Source: Spirochaetia bacterium (GTDB lineage Bacteria > Spirochaetota > Spirochaetia > SZUA-6 > Bin103). From it: 64,000 nt of DNA. Position 1 is the first letter of the stretch. Each line of letters opens with the position of its first letter. The stretch lies in contig CBDBOV010000006.1 of the NCBI GenBank assembly GCA_965208575.1, positions 320,001-384,000 of the forward strand. Reading direction: 5' to 3'. Below the pieces are notes generated by a model that was given only the letters and a program-made list of their open reading frames with translations, was not told the origin of the DNA and searched no databases. Positions 56,865 to 64,000 of this stretch are shown here, piece after piece. Made by a program: the position numbers and the translations under genes.

Positions 56865-58613
56865 TCAGCCCGACCGCTCGTCGACCTGGCGGCGGAACAG
56901 CTCGACACAGGCGGCGAACTCCAGCCCCTGGGTCTGGGTGCCGTCGCGGGCGCGCAGGGAGAGCGTGTCCGACTCCTCCTCCCGGGCGCCGACCACGATC
57001 ATGTACGGCACCTTCTGGCCCTGGGCGGTGCGGATCTTGGCGCCCATGCGGTTGTCGCTCAGGTCCGCCTCGACCCGAAAGCCGTGTTCCTCCAGCCGCG
57101 CCGTGAGCTTCTGGGCATAGGGGAACGCCTTCGGATTGACCGGGATCACCACCGCCTGCACCGGCGCCAGCCACATCGGGAACGCCCCTCCGTAGTGCTC
57201 GATCAGCACGCCGAGGAAGCGCTCCAGGGCACCGTGCAGCGCGCGGTGCACCATGATCGGACGCTGCTGAGTGCCGTCGCGATCCGCGAACCACATGTCG
57301 AACCGTTCCGGCAGGTTGAAGTCGAACTGGATGGTGGTCATCTGCCACAGCCGGCCGAGCGGGTCGCGCACGTGCAGGTCGATCTTGGGCCCGTAGAACG
57401 CGCCGCCGCCCTCGTCCACCTCGTAGGGCAGCCGGTGCGCCTCGATTGCGCGGCGCAGCGACTCGGTTGCCCGTTCCCAACTGGCATCGTCGCCGACCGA
57501 CTTCTCCGGACGCGTGGACAGGTGTGCGACCAGGTCGGAGAAGCCGTACGTGTGCCACAGCGACAGCGAGAAGCGCAGTGCCTCGCTGATCTCGTCCTCA
57601 ATCTGGTCCGGGGTGCAGAACAGGTGCGCGTCATCCTGGGTCAGACCGCGCACGCGCAACGTTCCGTGCAGCGTGCCGGAGCGCTCGAACCGGTACACCG
57701 TGCCGAGCTCGGCCCAGCGCAGCGGCAGGTCGCGATAGGAGCGTATGGCACTCTTGTAGATCATGATGTGGAACGGACAGTTCATCGGCTTCATGTAGTA
57801 CCGGCTGTTGTCCAGCTCCATCGGCGGGAACATGTTTTCCGCGTAGAAATCGAGATGCCCCGACGTCTGCCACAGCCACTCGCGTCCGACGTGCGGGGTA
57901 TTGACCAGCTCGTATCCGCCGGCGTAGTGCTGCTGCTTCCAGAAGTCCTCGATGATCGAACGCAGCCGCGCACCCTTCGGGTGCCAGAAGATCAGCCCCG
58001 GCCCCACCTGCTCCTGAATCGAGAACAGGTCCAGCTCGCGCCCTACCCTGCGGTGGTCGCGCCGCTCGATTTCCGCCAGCCGTTCCAGGTGGGCGGCCAG
58101 CTCGTCCTCGCTGTCCCACGCGGTGCCGTAGATGCGCTGCAGCATCGGACGCCGTTCATCGCCGCGCCAGTACGCGCCGGCGCTGCCGGTGAGCTTGAAC
58201 GCCGCGGGGTTGAGCTGCCGGGTACTGCCGACGTGCGGTCCGCGGCACAGATCGGTGAACGTGTCCTGGGTGAACAGGGAGATCTCCTCGTCCTCCGCCA
58301 GGTCACCGATCAACTCCAGCTTGTAGGGCTGGTCGGCAAATCGCTGCACCGCGGTCTCGCGGTCGATCACGCTGCGCACGAATTCGTGGTCGCCGGCCGC
58401 GATGCGCCGCATGCGGCCCTCGATCTCCTCGAGATCACCCGGCGTCAGCGGCCGGGAAAGATCGAAGTCGTAGTAGAACCCGTCGGCGATCGGCGGGCCG
58501 ATGGCCAGCTTCGCATCCGGGAACAACTCCAGAACCGCCTCCGCCATGACATGGGCAAACGAGTGGCGAACCCGGTACAGGTGGTCGGCGCCGTTGCCCT
58601 CCGGTGCGGTCAT
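56865..58613 (-). CDS. thrS: Threonine--tRNA ligase (short form without the TGS domain)
   Basis: Motifs 'RHSFAHVMA', 'DLCRGPH', 'RDHR', 'KPMNCPFH', 'RVRGLTQDDAH', 'FYGPKID' and 'MVHRA'. Confidence 0.97.
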   Translation of the reverse strand: MTAPEGNGADHLYRVRHSFAHVMAEAVLELFPDAKLAIGPPIADGFYYDFDLSRPLTPGDLEEIEGRMRRIAAGDHEFVRSVIDRETAVQRFADQPYKLELIGDLAEDEEISLFTQDTFTDLCRGPHVGSTRQLNPAAFKLTGSAGAYWRGDERRPMLQRIYGTAWDSEDELAAHLERLAEIERRDHRRVGRELDLFSIQEQVGPGLIFWHPKGARLRSIIEDFWKQQHYAGGYELVNTPHVGREWLWQTSGHLDFYAENMFPPMELDNSRYYMKPMNCPFHIMIYKSAIRSYRDLPLRWAELGTVYRFERSGTLHGTLRVRGLTQDDAHLFCTPDQIEDEISEALRFSLSLWHTYGFSDLVAHLSTRPEKSVGDDASWERATESLRRAIEAHRLPYEVDEGGGAFYGPKIDLHVRDPLGRLWQMTTIQFDFNLPERFDMWFADRDGTQQRPIMVHRALHGALERFLGVLIEHYGGAFPMWLAPVQAVVIPVNPKAFPYAQKLTARLEEHGFRVEADLSDNRMGAKIRTAQGQKVPYMIVVGAREEESDTLSLRARDGTQTQGLEFAACVELFRRQVDERSG

Positions 58614-58627
58614 GGCGGCTCGTCCCG

Positions 58628-60007
58628 CTAGCCGCGCCGCCGGCGGCGGGTCTGCTTGCGGCGCTGCGTGCGAACCACCGAAACGCTGCCTGGGGGCACC
58701 GCTGCGGCTGCGTCGGAGGAATCGCCCGACGCGGAAGCCGCGGCCGGCGCCGGCACCACGGCTCCGGCCGCCGCCGGCGCGCTCGGCTGCGCAACCGGAC
58801 GACTGCGCCGCGCCTGGATGCGGCGCCAGATCAGCACCGTGGGCGCGGCCACGAACATCGAAGAGTAGGTGCCGACCACCACGCCGATCATCAGGCTCAG
58901 CGCGAACGTCTTGATCGACGAGGTGGAGAAGATGTAGATCGCCAGCACCGCTACCAGGGTGGTGACCGAGGTAATGAGCGTACGGCTCAGCGACTGCGTG
59001 ATGCTGGTGTTGATTACCAGCTCGGCGTCGGCGTCGCGCATCAAGGTGTCGTTCTCCCGGATGCGGTCGAAGATGACGATGGTGTCGTTGAGCGAGTAGC
59101 CGACGATGGTCAGCACCGCGGCAATCGTGGCGGTGCTGATTTCGAGCTGCAGCGTACCGAGCACGCCGAGCATGATCGCGATGTCGTGGATCAGGGCCAG
59201 CAGCGCGCCGACCGCGAAGGCGGCGCGGAACCGGAACAGGATGTACACGAAGATCAGCGCGAACGCCACCGTGATCAGCCACACCGCCTGCTCGCCGAGC
59301 AGGCGTGAGAAACTGGGGCCGACGAAGTCGGTCTGCTGGATGGTGATGCGGTCGGCGCCGAACGCCGCCGCGAGCAACTCGAAGATGCGCGCCTCGGTGG
59401 CCTGCTGATCCGGCTCGCCGGCTTCGTCCACGATCAGGTCGGTACGCACGATGTAGCGCTGTTCGCCCGGCGCGCCGGTGGCTTGCAGCGAAGTACGGAT
59501 CGGCTCGAACGCCGCGCGTACCGCTTCGATCGGCGCTTCCCCCGGTGCGCCGGGATCGAGGTAGCCAAGCACCAGGGTCTGTCCCGCCTCGCGAAATCCC
59601 GGCGCCTGCAACTGCTCCGCGGGCGTCGCCGGGGGTGCGGCAAGCTCGACCTCGATGCCGCGAATGGCGCGCAACTCGTCGGCAATGGCGCCGATGGTCG
59701 AGAACTCGTCGAAATCGAGCACGCGCCGCCGCGCGGTGCCGTCCTGCGTCCACTGCAGGGTCAGAAACCCGGCGCGTCCGAGCAGCGGATCGGGTGGCGT
59801 CAACTCCGGCTCCAGGCCGGCGCCGCCATCGCTGATCGCCAGCGCTACGGGAGCGACCTGAAACTGCTGGGCCACGCCGCCGCTCAGGTCCACGCTCAGA
59901 TTCACGCCGCCGCGCAGCATCGTCACGACGATACCGGCCGCGATCAGCGCCACCGAAAGCACCGCCATCTGCGCACGCAGGTTGGTGAATGGGATGACGC
60001 GCTTCAT
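58628..60007 (-). CDS. secF: Protein translocase subunit SecF
   Basis: Motifs 'SVDLSGG', 'VGPS', 'GYSLNDTIVIFDRIREN', 'SRTLITS.TT' and 'GTYSS'. Confidence 0.95.
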   Translation of the reverse strand: MKRVIPFTNLRAQMAVLSVALIAAGIVVTMLRGGVNLSVDLSGGVAQQFQVAPVALAISDGGAGLEPELTPPDPLLGRAGFLTLQWTQDGTARRRVLDFDEFSTIGAIADELRAIRGIEVELAAPPATPAEQLQAPGFREAGQTLVLGYLDPGAPGEAPIEAVRAAFEPIRTSLQATGAPGEQRYIVRTDLIVDEAGEPDQQATEARIFELLAAAFGADRITIQQTDFVGPSFSRLLGEQAVWLITVAFALIFVYILFRFRAAFAVGALLALIHDIAIMLGVLGTLQLEISTATIAAVLTIVGYSLNDTIVIFDRIRENDTLMRDADAELVINTSITQSLSRTLITSVTTLVAVLAIYIFSTSSIKTFALSLMIGVVVGTYSSMFVAAPTVLIWRRIQARRSRPVAQPSAPAAAGAVVPAPAAASASGDSSDAAAAVPPGSVSVVRTQRRKQTRRRRRG

Positions 60008-61764
60008 CAGGCCGCCTCCCCCGCGGGTCCGAGCCCTGCGCGGCGTCTCCAGTCGATGCTGAGCCGCTCCACGTGCAGCGTCTCGGTGAAGAAGTCGAAG
60101 ATCAGCCGCGACACCACCAGGGCGGTGAACATCGACGACACCACGCCGACCGACAGCGTCACGGCAAACCCCTGGATCGGCCCGCTGCCGAGCTGCGACA
60201 GCGCGATGGCGGCGATGAAGGTGGTGATGTTTGCGTCCATCACGGTCCAGAACGCCTTGCCGAATCCGGCGGTGACGGCGGCGGCGGCCGACTTGCCGAG
60301 GCGGTACTCTTCCTTGATGCGCTCGAAGATGATGACATTGGCATCGACCGCCATGCCGACGGTCAGAATGACGCCGGCGATGCTCGGCAGCGTCAGGGTG
60401 AAGTTGAACACGCTCAGCACCGACACCAGGAAGAACAGGTTGAGGACCAGCGCCAGGTCGGCCACCAGGCCGGCGCCCTTGTAGTACACGAGCATGAAGA
60501 TCAGCACCGCCGCCATGCCGAGGGCGATCGAGTTGAGCCCGGTGCGAATGGCGTCCTCTCCCAGCGATGCGCCGATCGCCTGCTGGCTGAGAATATCGAG
60601 CGGCACCGGCAGGGCGCCGGTCTCCAGCACCAGCGCCAGATCCTCCGCCTCGCTCTGGGTGAACCCGGTCACCTGCACCTGGTTGCGGATCGGCTCCGAG
60701 ATCGTTGCCGCCGCCTTGACCCGGTCATCGAGCACCACTGCCATCACGTTGCCGACGTTCTCGCTGGTCAGCTTGAAGAAGATGTCGCCGCCCTCGCCGG
60801 TGAGGTTGAAGATCACGGTCGGTTGCTGGGTAATGGGATCGCGGCTCACCTGCGCCTGCTGGATGTAGGAACCCTCCAGGCCGATCTGGTCGTTGATCAC
60901 CGTGTACCCGAGCAACTGGTCAACGCCGTAGGCGTCCTTCTCGTAGCGTCCGCGCAGCACGGTGCCGGCGGTGAGGATGGTGTCGTCGCGCGGCTGCCCG
61001 TCGGGACCGAGGAAGCTGCCCGGGTTTTCCGCCTGGTAGCGCCGAAACCGCGCCAGTCCGTCGGTGTCCACGATGTGGAAGTTGAGCCGCCCCTTGCCGA
61101 GAATGAAACTGCGCATCCGTTCCGGGTCCGGCGCGCCCGGCATCTCCACGACGATCTGGTTGTCGCCGCGCTGACGAATCTGCGGCTCGGTAACGCCGAA
61201 CTGATCGATGCGGTTGTTGAGCACCTCCAGGGCGCGCCGCAACGCACGATCCTCCTCCACCGCGCTGAGCGTTGCGCCGGTCTGCGCGCTGAGGCTCTCC
61301 AGGTCGGGTTCGATCACCACGTACATGCCGCCGCTCAGATCGAGGCCGAGCTGAATGCTGCGCGAGCGCAGGTCCTTCAGCGCCAGCAGCTCGGAACGGT
61401 GATGATCCTCCATGGCGACGAACGTCTCGCCCTCGCTCGGGAATACCTTGACCACGGTCGCGACGTCCCAGTTGCGCGGCACGTCGCGCCGTTCCACGCG
61501 CAGCCGCTCGCGCGCCGCCGGCACCAGGTAGCCGAGATCGTCGGGCACCGGATCGCCGGGAGCGCTGCGTGCCAGCTCGATCAGCCGGTTCAGATCCTCG
61601 TCGGCGCGCTGCCGCGCCAGCACGCGGATCTGCTCGCGGGAAGCGTTGGCCTCGCGGCGCTGATCGCCGGTCAGCACCAGGTACCAGCGCACGGTCGGGG
61701 TCAGGAACCACACCGCTACCGCAACGAACGCGAGAATGAGGATCAGTCTGAGGCGTTTGGTCAT
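60007..61764 (-). CDS. secD: Protein translocase subunit SecD
   Basis: Motifs 'LGLDLSGG', 'RIDQFGVTEP', 'GALP' and 'GMAVDANVIIFERIKEE'. Confidence 0.96.
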   Translation of the reverse strand: MTKRLRLILILAFVAVAVWFLTPTVRWYLVLTGDQRREANASREQIRVLARQRADEDLNRLIELARSAPGDPVPDDLGYLVPAARERLRVERRDVPRNWDVATVVKVFPSEGETFVAMEDHHRSELLALKDLRSRSIQLGLDLSGGMYVVIEPDLESLSAQTGATLSAVEEDRALRRALEVLNNRIDQFGVTEPQIRQRGDNQIVVEMPGAPDPERMRSFILGKGRLNFHIVDTDGLARFRRYQAENPGSFLGPDGQPRDDTILTAGTVLRGRYEKDAYGVDQLLGYTVINDQIGLEGSYIQQAQVSRDPITQQPTVIFNLTGEGGDIFFKLTSENVGNVMAVVLDDRVKAAATISEPIRNQVQVTGFTQSEAEDLALVLETGALPVPLDILSQQAIGASLGEDAIRTGLNSIALGMAAVLIFMLVYYKGAGLVADLALVLNLFFLVSVLSVFNFTLTLPSIAGVILTVGMAVDANVIIFERIKEEYRLGKSAAAAVTAGFGKAFWTVMDANITTFIAAIALSQLGSGPIQGFAVTLSVGVVSSMFTALVVSRLIFDFFTETLHVERLSIDWRRRAGLGPAGEAA

Positions 61765-61797
61765 GGTTCGTTACACGAAGCGCGCCGGGAGCGCGTC

Positions 61798-62166
61798 TTA
61801 CGACTGCTCCTTGTCCTGCGACGCAGGCCGCGACTCGCCCTGACGCTGCTCGAGGATGCTGGTGATCGACGGCTTGGCGAATTCGATCTTGGTGGCGTCG
61901 TCCACCTTGACGGTCACCGCGTCCTCCTTGACCGCGGTCACCACGCCGCGAATGCCGCCCGAGGTCTGTACCCGGTCGCCCTTCTTGAGCTGCGCCAGCA
62001 TCGCCTTGGTTTCCTTCTGACGCCGGTTCTGCGGACGGATCACCAGGAAGTAGAAGATCATGATGATCAGGCCGAAGGTCACCAGCATCGTGGCGAGCTG
62101 GCCGCCGGCGGCCCCGCCGCCGTCAAACTGCAGAAGAGCGAGCATGTTAGTCGCGGTTTCGTTCAT
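61798..62166 (-). CDS. yajC: Preprotein translocase subunit YajC
   Basis: 'FYFLVIRPQ.RRQK....ML..LKKGD.V.T.GGI.G'. Confidence 0.94.
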   Translation of the reverse strand: MNETATNMLALLQFDGGGAAGGQLATMLVTFGLIIMIFYFLVIRPQNRRQKETKAMLAQLKKGDRVQTSGGIRGVVTAVKEDAVTVKVDDATKIEFAKPSITSILEQRQGESRPASQDKEQS

Positions 62167-62331
62167 CGGGTGTGTCCTTTGCCAATCTCGTTTTGCGCGC
62201 GGACGGCCGGCGCGTGTATCGGCAGCCGGGGAGGCCGAACCTACTACGCGGGCGGCGTTCCGGTCAAACCGAAGCCGCCCTCCCGCGTCGCCGGCCCCGG
62301 GCCGCTGCTGCGCCGGCACGCCGGGGCGTCG

Positions 62332-62622
62332 TCAGGCCACGACCACCCGCTTGATGTTGTCCGGTACGCCATACACGCCGAACAATTTGCGCAGATCCTC
62401 CACCGAGCAGGGCTGGCCGGAGATCTGTTCCATCGCCGCCCGCACCAGTTCCAATTCATCCGCCTTGCCGGAAAACTCGGCCGAACAGAACGCGGCCTTG
62501 TAGAGCCCCTGCTCCAGGAGCCCGGCGGTGCCGAGCTTGCCGTAACGGCGGCGTTGCTGGCCGTGCACCACGGCCTTGTCTCCATCGTAGCCTATGACAA
62601 ACAGAAAGTCTGCGCGATTCAA
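62332..62622 (-). CDS. Small conserved hypothetical protein (TTG start, uncertain)
   Basis: Globular-looking 96-aa sequence 'FLFVIGYDG..A.......RYG......LL..G.YK.AFC' with host codon usage, between groEL and yajC. Confidence 0.6.
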   Translation of the reverse strand: MNRADFLFVIGYDGDKAVVHGQQRRRYGKLGTAGLLEQGLYKAAFCSAEFSGKADELELVRAAMEQISGQPCSVEDLRKLFGVYGVPDNIKRVVVA

Positions 62623-62695
62623 CGGTGTGCCGCCCCTCGAGCCCGGACCACGCACCGCGCATCCCCTCCAGCCAAGCACGAGGGGCCGGGCAAGC

Positions 62696-62737
62696 AAAAG
62701 GGGCGCTGCCCTTCGGTGAAGACGGGCGCGCCCCTTT
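62696..62737 (-). terminator. Intrinsic terminator downstream of groEL
   Basis: Minus strand AAAGGGGCGC-GCCC...GGGC-A-GCGCCCCTTTT. Confidence 0.7.
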
Positions 62738-62772
62738 CCCGTGGAGGTGTATCCACCCTGCCGACAGGACGG

Positions 62773-64000
<1,228 letters not shown>

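Noticed and set aside
58613-58628. T-box or operator upstream of thrS
   Set aside because: Only 14 bp separate thrS from secF, so there is no room for a leader.
56865-59753. 962-aa ThrRS with a long N-terminal extension
   Set aside because: The extension is an alternative frame over secF. The real start is 58613.

Overview
High-GC bacterial chromosome segment. The 16S 5' end, the 16S-tRNA(Ala)-23S-5S layout, a TGS-less ThrRS and a Leptospira/Bacteroides-type CimA point to a Spirochaetota genome (inference, no search run). Most of the window is housekeeping or metabolic. In order: peptide-type ABC transporter genes; a COG3014-LpoB-CsgG/FlgT-like lipoprotein operon; DUF1015 and SMUG1; gltBD; a cimA-argH-hflX-response regulator-kinase run; an intact ISKra4-like element with an 8-bp target duplication between two back-to-back promoters; panBC-coaX-coaBC; tatC-tatB-tatA with cytochrome c biogenesis genes, a bacilliredoxin, a cytochrome c and csoR-copA; an HTH/membrane protein/uppS/DoxX cassette; fucI and a sugar kinase; yhhQ; a full rRNA operon; a double-domain CDP-alcohol phosphotransferase followed by DUF849 and a thioesterase-like gene; thrS, secF, secD, yajC and partial groEL. 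I saw no CRISPR array, prophage or recognisable defence system. The best leads are a candidate Ile/Thr attenuator upstream of cimA, a REP-flanked mini-ORF copying the FucI C-terminus with mostly silent changes, two REP-like families, several in-frame insertions or duplications in core genes, and several uncharacterised operons. Start codons were picked by eye and family calls come from motif recognition only.
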